Assembly: GCA_964016885.1 (NCBI GenBank)
Contig: OZ024743.1
Location: 277,760,001-277,824,000, forward strand
Direction: 5' to 3'
DNA length: 64,000 nucleotides
Origin: Eledone cirrhosa
Taxonomy: Eukaryota
Shown: piece after piece, positions 50,559 to 64,000 of the stretch
Numbering within the stretch: position 1 is the first letter of the stretch
Layout of the letters: every line of letters begins with the position of its first letter
Made by a program: the position numbers and the translations under genes
The notes under the pieces: model-generated
Told to the model about the DNA's origin: nothing
The model's input: the letters and a program-made list of their open reading frames with translations, nothing else
The model's database searches: none

Positions 50559-51324
50559 GTATATATATATAGAGAGAGAGAGAGAGAGGGAGAGAGCATG
50601 TGTATGTATGTATATATATATACACATATACATACATACATGTTTCAATAAAAGGAATATATATATATATATAGCATGTGTTTTTGTGCGTGTGTGTTTA
50701 ACTGGATTTGAAAAGAAATGCGAAAACAATCCACTAAACACCTTGAGGTAAGAATGAAACGAAATTATATACATTCTTTTATTGTTAATTTAAATAATAT
50801 ACGCATACGCATGTATATACAAATACATATATGTATAAATATATCTATATCTATATATCTATAGATATATATATATGAATATATATACACGCGTGCACGC
50901 GCGCACACACACACCCATATATATATATAATTTATATATTATACTTATTACCTTTTCCTTTCTTTTATCTATTATTCTTTTAAAAAATTTATTTCGAAAA
51001 ATATTGAAAAAAATCATTTTTTCTTTTGTCATTAAAAAAATTACCAAAAAACCAAACCGGATAAAAATAAAAATAAAAACTTGAAAAATCTTTAAAGACA
51101 TTATTTTTCAGAATTCTATTGGAATAACAAGAAACAAGGTAGTTTTTTGTTAAAATAAAAAAAAGATGTCTGCTGCATTGGAAGTATATGTAGAGGTAAG
51201 AGGTGGTAGGAGATGGGTGGTAGTATTGATTATTGATATTCTTGAAATCAAAACAAACGAAAAATTATATAACTAAATGAATTTAATAATGATGATGATG
51301 ATGACTATAATATTGTGTCCTGAT

Positions 51325-51675
51325 GTAGGCACAAGGCCAACAATTTTGGGTGAGAGGAAAGTCGATTAAATTGACCCCAGTACATTACTGGTGCTTTATT
51401 TTACCTGCCCTGAAAGCATGAAAGGTATAACTAAGAATTTGAACGCAGAACGTAAAGGACCGAAACTATATTCCGCAAAGCATGTTGTCCAACATTCTAT
51501 CGATGCTGCTAATCCATTGCCCTCAGAAATAATTGTTTCTTCTTTTGACAGAAAGCCTACAATTTGAAGGGAAGGGGAAAGTCGACTCCGTCGAGCCCAG
51601 TACGGTACTGGGCCGTAATAATATGCCGCATATATGTTGTCTGAGACTCTACCGATACTGAAAATCTTCCGCCAT
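51325..51675 (-). mobile_element. Two diverged SINE copies in tandem
   Basis: aggcacaaggccaacaatttt...gtcgattaaattgacccc... and a second, internally deleted copy ending ctaccgatactg. Confidence 0.65.
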
Positions 51676-51689
51676 TAGTAATAACAACG

Positions 51690-52733
51690 TTAATAATAAT
51701 TGCAGCTCAGTCAAAGAGACGAGCTGCGCAAAGTCTTGTGTCACGAACGGTGAGCACACCTGTTCACCTTTAGGAATCAGTACATGTTTGCGTATCATCA
51801 GCTACAACATGACCAGCCTTCTAATTTGGTGAGGCCCGAACGGGGGCAAGACACCACGGTCAGGCGGCATTAGATGACGGACGTGATGTACGCATTGACC
51901 ACCTCCACCTGACCTTTCAGGTACAGATTTCTCTCGGCCTATTTATGGGTGAGAGTAGCTACTCTGTTCGTAACCTCGTCCCAAATCTTATCCACTTAGA
52001 GGTTTGGTTAGGACCAGACCCCGAGCAACTTTACTTGTCCGTGCGTGCAGCGCTCGACAACACTGTTGAACGGCATACCTGACTCTCCCGGTGCGGAGCT
52101 GCAGGCCCACCGACTTTTCCCGGTTTAGTTTTGCTCCCGTCAAATTTTCATATTCCTCCAAGAATGTGCCGACCCCTCTGCCGCCATGCATCCCAGGAGT
52201 CACCATAAGTCCCGTCCCTGTGGAATCTTGGGAACACGGACTCTTACAGTTCTCCTCCCCATGTATTATTTGGTCCATTTTGCAGGGGACCACAGAATGT
52301 TTTATAGCAAGGGCCTCAGTTTTGAAGAGCGCTAAGATGCTCCCAAATTGATTGGCTCTTGTTATATGGTACGTATCATCATTGTTGGTGCATTTCAGGG
52401 CTGCCTCAACCTATTCTTCGGCGGCTGACTCGGATTTTTGAGATCTTACCGAAAAGCATCGATATTTTAATGTTCTCCTCTCCTTTTCTCCCATAACCTC
52501 TGCCGGGACTTTTAGGTTGGTCCAGCTTTTTTCTCTTGCTATCATTTTTTCCGCCTGGCCAAAACGTTCATTTTTTTCTGTTAGGTCAAAATTGTTAAGC
52601 GTTTGACTTTTTATTTCTGTGGCTGCGAAAATACCCATTTTATTGCTGCCGTTGTTATTGTCGTTTTTTGTTATTGCTGTTTGCTGTTTTTCGTTTTTGC
52701 TGATAGTGTGTTCGTTGTTTTAGTGTTGTGTCG

Positions 52734-52765
<32 letters not shown>

Positions 52766-52860
52766 GGTCTTGTTATTGTTGTTCATTTTGTTATCGTTTA
52801 AGTTGTCACGTTGTCGGAGTCGTGTCTGTTCGTTTTAATTGTGTTTTTCGTTTGTCTTTC
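51690..52860 (-). mobile_element. Old Tx1-family remnant: ORF1 N-terminal part fused to an ORF2 thumb-region fragment
   Basis: RRTLKYRCFSVRSQKSESAAEE..EAAL...YHITRANQFGSILALF aligns by eye with ORF1 TVTYRTVSTKSRRVERATEAQIQKAL...THITRGKKYATVDVLF. LEEYENLTGAKLNREKSVGLQL matches ORF2 LREYEAVTGAMINQEKSVGLQL. Confidence 0.8.
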
Positions 52861-52865
52861 ACCAT

Positions 52866-53100
52866 TGCGGGGTCGATAACTTAAAGTACCAGTAACGTAC
52901 TGGGGGCGATTTATTCAACTTTTCCCGTCCCCAAAATTGCTGGACTTTTCCCTAAATTAGAAACAATCATTATTATTATTGAGTTCAAATCCCGCCGAGG
53001 TTAACTTTGCCTTTCATCATTACGGGGTCGATAAAATAAAATACCAGTAATGCACTGTGATAATTGCTGGCCTTGTACCAAAAGTAGAAACAATTATTAT
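52866..53100 (+). mobile_element. Two 5'-truncated SINE copies in tandem, each ending in (ATT)n
   Basis: 52866-52980 long-tail form; 52981-53100 short-tail form. Confidence 0.8.
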
Positions 53101-53748
53101 TATTATTATAAAAGTAATGCAGGTGGTGGTGATGATTTCATTTATTTGCCAGAAGTGAGCCAGATAAATGTGACATTACAAAGACAGGTAGCATTAAGGA
53201 CAATAACAATAATTACAGTTATAAAAATAACGATAATAATAAATATAATAATGCGAACATCATGATAAATAATATAAAATATTGGTTATAATAATGATTT
53301 CTAACAGAACAATAATAACAATAATAATAATTATATGAGAAATAAATAACGATGAAGATGGTGATGGTATTGGTACCAATGATGATGATTGTTTCTTCAT
53401 AAAAAAATGTCTGAATGACAATAATAATAATATTGCTATTAATATTAAAAATAATAATAATAATAATAAAAATAATGACTTCATGAACGATAATTATTCT
53501 TTAGACCAACACTATAGCTGAACAAGGAAGGAAAACCAACAAACAAAACAAAAGGAATGACTTGGTAAAAACAGGAATAACTTGGTAAGAAGTAAATATC
53601 TTGACGAATGAAATATGACCATTCTTTCGTTTTTCCTTTCTGTTTTCACTTTCATTCATTAGAATTTTTATTCTTCTCTGCGCACTGTTGTATTCTAGTA
53701 TATAATTTAGTTGTGTTTTGCTTGTTTATATATCTATATATCTATATA

Positions 53749-53781
<33 letters not shown>

Positions 53782-53833
53782 ATATATACATATATATATA
53801 CACACATATATATATATACATATTTTTAATAAC

Positions 53834-53866
<33 letters not shown>

Positions 53867-53914
53867 TATATACATATACATATAAATATATATATATATA
53901 TATATATATGTTTG

Positions 53915-53961
<47 letters not shown>

Positions 53962-54007
53962 ATATATATATATATACGTAAATATGGATATATATACATA
54001 CATATAT

Positions 54008-54061
<54 letters not shown>

Positions 54062-54208
54062 ATATATAAATAGATAAATAGCTAGATTAATAAATGTGCG
54101 TGGGATTTTGTGTATGAGAATGTATTTAAGAAAGAGTTATAGTAAGAGAGAGAAAACTAGAGGGGAATGCGTATGTTCATTACAATTTTCCTAGAGATGG
54201 TTAGGTGT

Positions 54209-54244
<36 letters not shown>

Positions 54245-54719
54245 ATACATAAACGCATATCACATATACATGTATGTAACCTCATATATACATACACATA
54301 TATATACACACACATATATACACACACATATATATCTAACTATATATATATATATATATAGTTAGATATATACATATTGAGTTGTTTTGGGGGGATGTGT
54401 GTATCTCTGTGTACGTGTTAGACGGAGAGAATACGTGTATTCCTATGTGCATGTATGTGTAAGCTTGAAAGAATTGTTACATTGGAAAATGATAATCACA
54501 AAATATTTTAAAACTAAAATCGAAAAGATTCTAACAAAAAAACGAAGAGCAACATATACGTATAATAATCAATGCCAACAACAAAAGCAACAAAAGCAGC
54601 AATAACGCCATAATGAACAAGAACAACGTCAATAAAACAAACAATAATATCAACACTAACAACACCGTTACTGCCAGCAACAACAACAACAATAACACAC
54701 CAGCAGTAACAGTAGCAGC

Positions 54720-54769
<50 letters not shown>

Positions 54770-54771
<2 letters not shown>

Positions 54772-54961
54772 CGAAGGAACTGTAGTAAGGAAACAGATGG
54801 TCCATGACGCACCAAAGTACTCAATACTTAGGGTAGTAGAGTGGGTAATAGGAACAAGTATGACCCCGACGGCAGATCTCAAGCCGTTTCAACGGCTATT
54901 TCTGGACTCCAGAAATAGCCGTCGAAACGGCTTGAGCTCTGCCGTCGAGGTCATACTTGTT

Positions 54962-54963
<2 letters not shown>
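54770..54963 (-). mobile_element. (TA)n-embedded fold-back element, copy 4
   Basis: Hairpin ggaacaagtatgacc.cgacggcaga...tctgccgtcg.ggtcatacttgttcc plus the family tail. Confidence 0.9.
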
Positions 54964-55005
<42 letters not shown>

Positions 55006-55006
55006 T

Positions 55007-55204
55007 GAAAAAAGTAAGGACTCCGACAGCTGTGCTCCGGCCCTTTCGACAGCTAGATACGAACTGTCGGATCTAGTTGTCGAAACGGCCGGAACTCAGC
55101 CGTCAGGGTCCTGACTCTTTTCCTATTACCCACTCTACTACCCTAAATATTGAGTACTCTGGTGCGTTATGGTCCACCTGGTATCTTACCACATCCTCTT
55201 TGTT
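55007..55204 (+). mobile_element. (TA)n-embedded fold-back element, copy 5 (diverged)
   Basis: Imperfect hairpin 55007-55123 plus the family tail. Head-to-head with copy 4. Confidence 0.85.
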
Positions 55205-55329
55205 ATATATATATATATATATATATATACACGTACACACACACACCTCCGTTTATTGTCTTATATCACACACATTATGCTAATTTCTAAGGCATTAAAA
55301 TTTCATTATGTAATAGTTATTTAATGTCT

Positions 55330-56030
55330 TCAATCAATTGGTTAAAGATGTCAATTGAGTAAAGAAGGGGACCTTCAAGTCTTGGCTTGGGAATAAGTCC
55401 TTTTTCTTGCACTTGCTGTACAATTTGGTGCTAAACGTCGCAACAGAAACAGTAAAGGCTTCCAAAGTTAAGACATAGGGATGTTTGGAGTTAAACTGGA
55501 ATCCTACTTCAGATCAGCAAATAAAGTCTTCTGGCAGACCATCTGCCGACTTCGTAATAAGAAGTCCTCCTTCATACCTTTAACCAGGAACGCGCCTGGG
55601 GTGATCCTCTCTCCAGAAAGGTGCATCCTCGCGAGATGGCGAGAATACTTTACTTATTTCCTAAACTCGGTCACATCGACATTTTCGGATGTACACTAAG
55701 TGCATCTGGGAGCAATGTCTAAATTCTCGGGGGTTGAGGCCACTAGAAGAATTAAAGAGCACAAATTAGCAAAGGTCTCTGGGGAGGATGAAATTCGACC
55801 CAAGATGTCAAAAACCTTAAATAGAGATAGTATTCTCTGGATGACTCGTGTGTGTCAGGCTGCTTTGATCTCTGAAAAGGCAACTATTTTCAAAAAGAGG
55901 GACAAGAGAGATTCCTCCAATTATAGAGGGATTCCCTTGTTGTCAAATCTCCCTGGTAGAGTCCTTGCTAAGTTTCTGGCAAAGCGATGTAGGGATATTG
56001 TTGAGTTCAAGCTGGTTGATGAATAGTGTG
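55330..56030 (+). mobile_element. RTE-clade LINE internal fragment
   Basis: FWQTICRLR, ILARWREYF, KVSGEDEIRPKM, FKKRDKRDSSNYRGIPLLS. Same family as 38800-39690. Confidence 0.85.
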
Positions 56031-56175
56031 TTTTTCGCTCGTATGGTCTCGGTTGGGTATCCCGTCGGATCAATTGGAGGCAGTCGCTTCTGACAGACCC
56101 CGCTGATAGGCATGCTTGAGAACTTTACCCCACGACCCTCACAGGAGTAAGTGTGCGAAGAAAACACACAGACAG

Positions 56176-56176
<1 letters not shown>

Positions 56177-56251
<75 letters not shown>

Positions 56252-56254
56252 TCA

Positions 56255-56333
<79 letters not shown>
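56177..56333. repeat. (CA)n microsatellite
   Basis: Direct reading. Confidence 0.97.
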
Positions 56334-56336
<3 letters not shown>

Positions 56337-56344
56337 TATATATA

Positions 56345-58110
56345 TACACCAAAACAATGGGGAACCTTTTGATCTTACTGAATAAATACCGCAACAGCTT
56401 AACCACAAAAGAGTTTAACTATATAAGCCACTTCAAATGCAATACAAGCTCTTTTTACGGCTTACCGAAACTCCACAAATGTAAGCCCATAAACGATTCA
56501 TGTGACACCTCAACCAACAATTACATTGAACTAACACTACCAGAAGACCTAAAACTCAGCCCATTATAGCAGGCCCTACATGTGAAACCCACAGACTTAG
56601 CAACTTTCTGGACATCCTACTGAAACCCTTTCTACAACATATACAGAGCTACATACGAGATGACCTTGACATGCTGAAACACCTCCCTAAAACAGTAAGT
56701 GCAAATACAATTCTTGTCTCTTTTGACGTAATAAACCTCTACACAAACATACTCCACAACTATGGAATAACAGCAGTCCAATACTGGCTTAACACACACC
56801 CATCAGAAATACCTACACGCATCAACAAAGATTTTATCACTGACGGACTCCGCTTTATCCTACAAAATAACTACTTCACATTCAATGGTTCAACATACAG
56901 ACAAATATCAGGTACGGCAATGGGCACGAAAGTAGCACCCACATATGCCAACCTAGTCATGGGATTCCATGAACAACAAATATACAGTCAGTCCCTTCTC
57001 TTATTTGGAGACTCTTTCCACACACACCTCAAAGCCAATTGGAAAAGATATCTAAACGACTGCTTTATCCTATGGCAAGAAGACATGAACTCACTTACTA
57101 TGTTTAAAAACATGATAAACAACATAGATAATAATATACAATTCACAATGGAATCCAATCCCAAGGAATTAGCCTTCTTGGATATTCTCATCTCTGTAAT
57201 AGACGGGAAATTAGATACAGATATATTCTATAAACCCACAGATTCCAAGCAATACCTCTTTTTCACATCAAGTCACCCAAAACATACAAAACTTAACATT
57301 ACTTACAATTTGGCCAAACGTATATGTACCATAGTATCAGATCCACCTAAACGGGAGCAAAGACTAAAGGAACTAAAAGACACCCTTATCTTAAGAGCCT
57401 TTCCACTTGAAATAATCAACAATGGAATAGACAGGGCAAAACACCTAAATCCCCATCAACTTAACAATCCAAAACAGAAAACCACACTCAACACCCTGCC
57501 ATATGTATCCACTTTCAACCCCAGAAATACCGAAATGTTTGATCACCTACACAAAAACCTCCCCATCCTACTTAAAGATGTAAAAATGAAGTCTATTCTT
57601 GAAACACACAAGATCCTTAAAAGTAAAAGACAACCCAAATCACTAAAACGCATTCTCACTGGACCAAATATACCCAAACCAATCCTCAACCCTACAGTTA
57701 CCAAATGTGGTAGAACAAACTGTGGAACGTGCCTCTACCTCACTGAAGGACAAAAATTTACATTTAAAGATGGCCAAACATTTACAGTAAAAAACAATTT
57801 CACCTGCAACTCGGAGAACTTGATTTACGCAATAACTTGCGGTGGGTGCAAACACAACTACATAGGACAGACGGGCACCTCATTACGCAAAAGAATGACC
57901 ATCCACCGCCAACAAATCCGGGACGCTAGCACAAGAAAAATCCCCTTGAGCAGCCATATTGCGAACTGCACAGGAATGACACTACCCAACTTTAAAATCT
58001 TCCCCTTCTACAAGTGCTCAGATTCGTTCACACAGCAACAAAGAATAAACAAAGAAAATCTATTCCTTAACAAATTTAAACCAAAACTAAACGGGTTATC
58101 ACCCCAATAG
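56345..58110 (+). pseudogene. Penelope-like (Neptune-type) RT + Zn linker + GIY-YIG, 5'-truncated, one frameshift, catalytic YLDD changed to YLND
   Basis: FYGLPKLHK, frameshift near 56560, SFDVINLYTNI, GTAMGTKVAPTYANL, WKRYLNDCF, CGRTNCGTC, NLIYAITCGGCKHNYIGQT..LRKRM..H, E..F...P.LN. Confidence 0.92.
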
Positions 58111-58556
58111 AATTGTCATAAAATATAAACACACATACGCACGGAGTGACAGATATATGTGTTTGTATGTGTGCATGTATATAATTATCACTACTATTAA
58201 AGACCAGAGACCAATTCTGTAGAATCAGGTTTATTCGTTGACAGACCATGCCTTTGTGTGACCAACACATCCATGTTAAACCCTGCACGTGCACACACAT
58301 ATATCTATATATATATGCGCACACAGAATTCACCACTGTCGGTTGCGGGGCCCAATCTACATGAAGAACTCAATGTGATCAGAATGACTTGTATTTTAAT
58401 TTCACTGCCCTAACTTCTTATATTATGGAAACAATATATGTGTATGTATGTATATATATATATTTAGAGGCCATTTCTCTGTGTGTGGGTGTATGTATGT
58501 GTATATGTATGTGTATATGTGTGTGTGTGTGTGTGTGCATGTGGATGTATGTATTG

Positions 58557-58595
<39 letters not shown>

Positions 58596-58752
58596 GTGTA
58601 TCTGGATGTATGCGTATGTGTATATATATATATGTGTGTGAGTGTGTGAGTATATATATATATATGTGTGTGTATATGTATATATGTGTGTGTGTGTGTG
58701 TGTGTTTGTGTATGTATGTATGTGTGTATCTGGATGTATGTGTATGTATATA

Positions 58753-58787
<35 letters not shown>

Positions 58788-58866
58788 GTGTGTGTATGTG
58801 CATATATGTGTGTGTGTGTATGTGTGTATGTATATGTATGTGTGTGTGTATGTATGTGTGTATATG

Positions 58867-58899
<33 letters not shown>

Positions 58900-59235
58900 A
58901 TGTATGTGTGGATGAAGGTATGTGTGTATATATAGGTGTAAGTGCACTAAATCCCTTTCTATCAATCTCCCCTCTCCTACCGAGCACAGGAAGATATATG
59001 TATGTATATTGCTTCCACCCCCTCACTGACCAGCAGCTGGCCTTCTGGCCATTGCTAAATTTGACCTTTATAAAATAACCCACACCCCAAATAACTTCTC
59101 ATTCACTACCAGAAGCAGTCAACGAGTTGCTACCAAGATGAAAACTACTATGAAATCCCACAATGAATTCTATACTTGAATTTTCAAATCTCAAATTTTA
59201 ACTCTTCTTATTATTAATTTTTCTTAATATTAATC

Positions 59236-59282
59236 AACATTTGAAAAGATGGCTTTTGCAGACCCATCGAAACCGGTCATTT
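59236..59282 (+). ncRNA. Degenerate hammerhead in the probable pLTR downstream of the Penelope ORF
   Basis: ttgaaaa gatggct tttgcag acccatc GAAA ccgg TC: helix II and palindromic accggt retained, CUGANGA decayed. A related motif lies at 24148-24196. Confidence 0.45.
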
Positions 59283-60121
59283 TTTATACCCTTTATTATT
59301 TCCTTACCTTATAAAATTATATGTTTTTTCACAAAAAAGTATTCTGTCTCTTATATATTCCATGTGCCATTACCAACCTCAATTTTCTCTCTATATACAT
59401 ATATATATATATATGCACACACACACACATACATATTATAGAAAAATTAGAAAGCTCATTTAACTTTATATTAGCTATGATTAGCTTTCTATTTAAGACA
59501 GACACCACAGCTTGAGGTCCAATATCCTGTTATTTTATTTTCTGTTCGCTTTCGTCCTTTTATTTGTTCTGTATCGCACACACATCATACCAGCAGAAAG
59601 ATTTATATTTTCTGTTGCACAATCCAGCATTTTAAAATGGTACCGTCAATCAAATCGTGCGAAACCATTTTCTTGGTCTGAGAGCTGATGAGGATGAATA
59701 CGTCTGTGTGTGAACTTGTTTTGTAAATTGCCTTTCTTTGTTTCGTTCTTTCGGTCATTTCTGTGTGCTAACACACTTCTCCTTGTCCTCTCTCTCTCTC
59801 TGCCGACCGCTGACCGCTGGTCTCTGTCCTCAGAGACATTTCTGCACATCGCTCTCATTGATAGCATTTTACTGATTTAGCAGCTGTTCTAGCGATGAGC
59901 TTTCTCATTTTTCTGTAGCAGTCGAGAATCGGCATGCAGGAATTTTAGGGAAAATCAATTTGATAATCCAAAACTGGGAAAACAGGCTTTGCTAACATCA
60001 ATTTTTAACAATATTTTGTGCATATAAAGATAGTTTATATATATAACAGGTGCGCTTTTCAAACTCCTTTCTTATCATATTCCTTACGTAAATACACACA
60101 CACACACACACACACACACAT

Positions 60122-60162
<41 letters not shown>

Positions 60163-60243
60163 TGTGTGTATACCAACATTATTAAGAACAATACCAGCGT
60201 GACGGCAACAGTATCAACGACGACGACGACGACGACGACGACG

Positions 60244-60287
<44 letters not shown>

Positions 60288-60573
60288 CACATCAATAGCA
60301 GCCGCAATAATAGCAACTATATACAATACCACTAACACTAGTCTCAACACTAACAACGTCAAAAACATTATCCATAAGAAGGACAATAAATATTTTAGAT
60401 GTATATTAAATAACATAATAAAATAGAGCTCAGCGACAACAGTTTCGAAAGGTAGAATAAAATGGAATATAGGAATCGCGACGTCAGGGATTGGAGGAGA
60501 GACGGTGTTGGTTATGGAGGAGGTTAGGGAGGAGAGGAAAAGAGATGTAGTAGAAGAAAGTAAGGGGGGGGGG

Positions 60574-60995
60574 TATAGATGGATGAAGAAGAGAGGAAGA
60601 GGACAGACTAAGAATTAGAGAATAAGATATATGAAAAGACAAAGACAAATATGATGATTATATAATAATAATAATTATTATTTCTATTTTAGGCACAAGG
60701 CCAGCAATTACCCAGTGCATTACTGGTACTTTATTTTATCGACCCCGTAAGGATGAAAGGCAAAGTCAACCTCGGCGGGATTTGAACTCAGATCCCGCCG
60801 AGGTTGACTTTGCCTTTCATCCTTACGGGGTCGATAAAATAAAGTACCAGTAATGCACTGGGTAATTGCTGGCCTTGTGCCTAAAATAGAAACAATTATT
60901 ATTATTATTATATAATCATCATATTTGTCTTTGTCTTTTCATATATCTTATTCTCTAATTCTTAGTCTGTCCTCTTCCTCTCTTCTTCATCCATC
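60574..60995. repeat. Near-perfect ~420-bp palindrome centred in a SINE B box
   Basis: Arms of ~210 bp include the SINE 3' half (60682-60895) and ~100 bp of non-SINE flank. Centre gggatttgaactcagatccc. Confidence 0.95.
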
Positions 60996-61017
60996 CATCT
61001 ATAATAATCCATCCATC

Positions 61018-61039
<22 letters not shown>

Positions 61040-61055
<16 letters not shown>

Positions 61056-64000
61056 TGATGATTTCTTTATTAACCACAAGGGTTTACATAAAGTAGACAT
61101 TAAGGACAGTGCAGGACAATACAGGACGGTACAAATGGGCATTTCTGCGTGTAAAAAACAAAAACAGAGGATGTAACAAAAAAATAACAATGAAAAATTC
61201 CCCAATAGGGGGGAGACTTCGGAGGGACATTTGTGGAGAAAGTAAAAGGCCACAGTGACCCTGACCACCAAGGCAAGTGCCCTCTCCCAGTTTTCCACCT
61301 TTAATTTACAGATACGTACTCAGAGTAGGCCCATTCACTCGGGCCATTCTTGCTTCTCTCACCCATCTTTCAACAAAATGCTGGGAAGAGAGCACTTCCC
61401 TCTCTACTCTGATTTTCCTTTTCAAATGAAATTTGAAAAAGACAATCTGGGCATCACCGAAGAGGTAAGTGCTCGTCTTCAGCCCTTTCAAACGTGTCCA
61501 CCATACTATCTCTTTCGCCATGGCCACCAAACAGATAAAAACTGCCTGCCCTTCCCGGCTAAAGGAAGTGGGCGGGGCAATCCTCACGATGGACTCAGAT
61601 GATAGCCGGATCAGTCCTACACGCGACAGCAGGTGTTCGACATAAACCCACAAGTCAGCAATTTTCGGACACTGGACGAGTGCGTGCAGGACGGTTTCGT
61701 CGCCCTGCGCGCATCTCGGACATGCCCGGCTGACGGCACCTCCATGCCTGTAGAGTTTATCCCGAACTGGCAAGGCTCCTCGGTAGCACTGCCAGGTCAG
61801 AGATTTCTGGAAATTGTCCATAGGTCCCGGCCCGAAAGTTCTTCCGAAGAGATTGGCTAGTTGATTTTCGTCGACACCTAGAGTTTCTCCAAGTACGTCG
61901 TCGCTCTTCCCCTCCACCAATCCTCTATAGAACGCCGAGGTGGAGTTTCCACCGATCACATTGCCCGATTGGTCGAGGGCTGTGAGCGCCTGAAGACATT
62001 CCAGTCTCCATGCGCTCACTCTCGGTCTTCGCTTGACCCAGGACTGCAGCTCCGTCAAGGAAACGAGCTGGGGAAATACGTGTCTAGCAAACGGCAACCA
62101 CACCTGATCACCGTCGAGGAAGAGGTAGAGATGTCGTAGCCTGAGCGCGTGTCTGCGCATCATCAGCCACGGCATTCCCAGCCCTCCACGTAGCGGGTGT
62201 TGACAGCAGATGGACCGCCTGATCATCGGAGCGCGTCCCTTCCACAAAAAGCGAAAGAGCAAACGCTCCAGCGCAGTAAGGCCACGGTAGGACAAGGTAC
62301 GAGGGTCAGGCGGTAGCAGATGACAGACGCGATGTACGCGTTAGCCACCTCCGCTCGACCTTTCAGGGATAGCTTCCTCTCCACCCATTTGGAGAAGCCA
62401 CCCTGCTTGTCACCTCGTCCCAGTTTTTGTCCGTCTGGAGGTCCGAACCGAACCAGACCCCTATCAATTTAACCGGTCCGTTCGTCCAGCGTCCGACGAT
62501 GCTGTTGGGCGGCATGGACCTGCCTCTCCAGGTGCCGAGCTGCAGGCCCACTGACTTTTCCTGGTTGATCATTGCTCCTGTCACCGCTTCGTATTCTCTT
62601 AGTGTAGTGCCGATCGCCTCGATGTGTTTGGCGTTCGACACCACTTGAATTGTGGACAGCCTATGCTAGACCTATCTATTTCCCTACAAAATACTCTATC
62701 TAGATATGATCTGGATGATCCTATGCGATTTGTCCAAGTCCACATTGGCACATTCAGGAAATCCAATCGGTACCTGTCAAACAGTTCAAAACGCCTGAGC
62801 AGGTTGGTGAGGCTCTTGCACCCTCCACCCCTATCCGCTAATCCCACACAGTCCCAGCGTGCATCTAAGATCCCGTTCCAGTCGCCCACTAACACTAAAG
62901 AGCGGGACGTTCCAAGAAAGGTTTCCAGACGCCGGTAGAAATCAGGCCGCCCTGCTCCTGTCGGGGCATAGACGGCCACTAGCCTGAAAGCTTGCCCGTC
63001 TCCGCTGGTCACGTCCAGCACCACCAATTTACCCTCTGGGTCCAGGAAGATGGCCCGTATGGCGAGATCCAAACCTCTCCGAAAAAGCACAGCAACTCCA
63101 CCCCCGATCCAGGACGGCTGGGAGATGCGTACACATCGTAGCCGCCGAAGATCGGTGCGAAGGCCCGTGCTTCGGAGATTCTAGTCTCGCTGATGGCCAC
63201 TACATCTATGTTTATTGACCTGAGGTCGTTGAGCAGGTGACCCTGCTTCCATGACGACCCCAAGCCACGCGCATTTATGCTGCCTATTCTGAGTGAGGTC
63301 ATGTTTAAAATAGAGTGGAAAAGATGGGAAAGACCACTTACCGTACTTTTCGTAGAGGAGGGATGGTTTTTCCATCCCTTTTCACTTGATCGTCTGGTGA
63401 AGGGACCGTTGAATCGTCCCTTCGGCTGGTCGTCGGCTCTTCTATGAGTATGTCCGAACATACTCTTCGGTTGAGAGTCCCTCCTAGGTCTCTGAAATGA
63501 CCAACTGCGTTGGGGAATTTCGTTTTAATGTTTGTGTATTGTTTCTGTGCTATTTTTAGCAGTCTTATGTTAGTTGGCGTTTTGATTGGTGCTGGTATCA
63601 TGTAGTCGTGTTGTGAAATGTCTGTGTGTTCAATTATGTAAGTCATTAGTTTCTTGTTGTGTGTATTTATTGCCGTGCATTTGTTTTTCTGGGGGTGAGG
63701 TGTGGTTCTGCTATTTTCTTGTCGTTGTTGCTGGGTGTGTGTGTTTTGTTGTTGTGTTTGCGATGTTGGTGCTTGTGGTGGTGGTGTTGAAGGTGTTGTT
63801 GTTGTTGGCGGTGGGGTTGTCGCCGGTGGTGATGGTGGTGCTAGTGTGGGTGGTGATGGGGTTGGTGGTGTTGCTGCTGTGAGTCTCTTTGCAGTAGCCT
63901 TTACCCTTTTTTCATTTCTTTCCTCCCTTTTCGAAGGCGACGATGCGCTGCTTCTGCGTTTGTGCCTTATTACGACCTTTTGCCATCCCTCTCCCACCTC
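61040..64000 (-). mobile_element. Second copy of the Tx1-like element, internally deleted and frameshifted, running off the window
   Basis: High identity to 30271-34644. The junction at ~62644 joins positions equivalent to 31621 and 33036. (ATT)n tail at 61018-61050. Confidence 0.95.

Noticed and set aside
62630-62660. Spliced (intron-removed) Tx1 copy
   Set aside because: The deleted segment does not begin with GT in any register of the AG microhomology.

Overview
AT-rich, microsatellite-dense eukaryotic DNA, almost entirely repeats. The tRNA-derived SINE families and the (TA)n/(CA)n load suggest an octopus (coleoid cephalopod) genome; this is inference. No host protein-coding gene can be called with confidence, and most ORFs in the track are microsatellite translations. 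The coding content is retrotransposons: (1) an apparently intact 6-kb two-ORF Tx1/L1-clade LINE (28614-34644, +) lying in an (ATT)n tract, tail-to-tail with (2) an R4/Dong-like restriction-like-endonuclease LINE with one frameshift (34704-38420, -); (3) an internally deleted second Tx1 copy (61040-64000, -); (4) two decayed Penelope-like elements (RT + GIY-YIG); (5) CRE, RTE and CR1-like fragments; (6) about 20 SINE copies. The most notable non-coding signal is a set of hammerhead-ribozyme (HHR)-bearing elements inserted in (TA)n tracts. One is a 2-kb array (24620-26592) of a structured 420-nt unit, each copy carrying a minimal type I hammerhead (retrozyme or non-autonomous Penelope-like), with two internal junctions falling on the predicted self-cleavage site. 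Another is a five-copy family of ~190-bp fold-back elements built on half a hammerhead, whose arms are copy-specific. Further solo and degenerate hammerheads are scattered through the window. Fold-back (inverted) 5' ends recur throughout. All calls were made by eye; coordinates of decayed elements are approximate.
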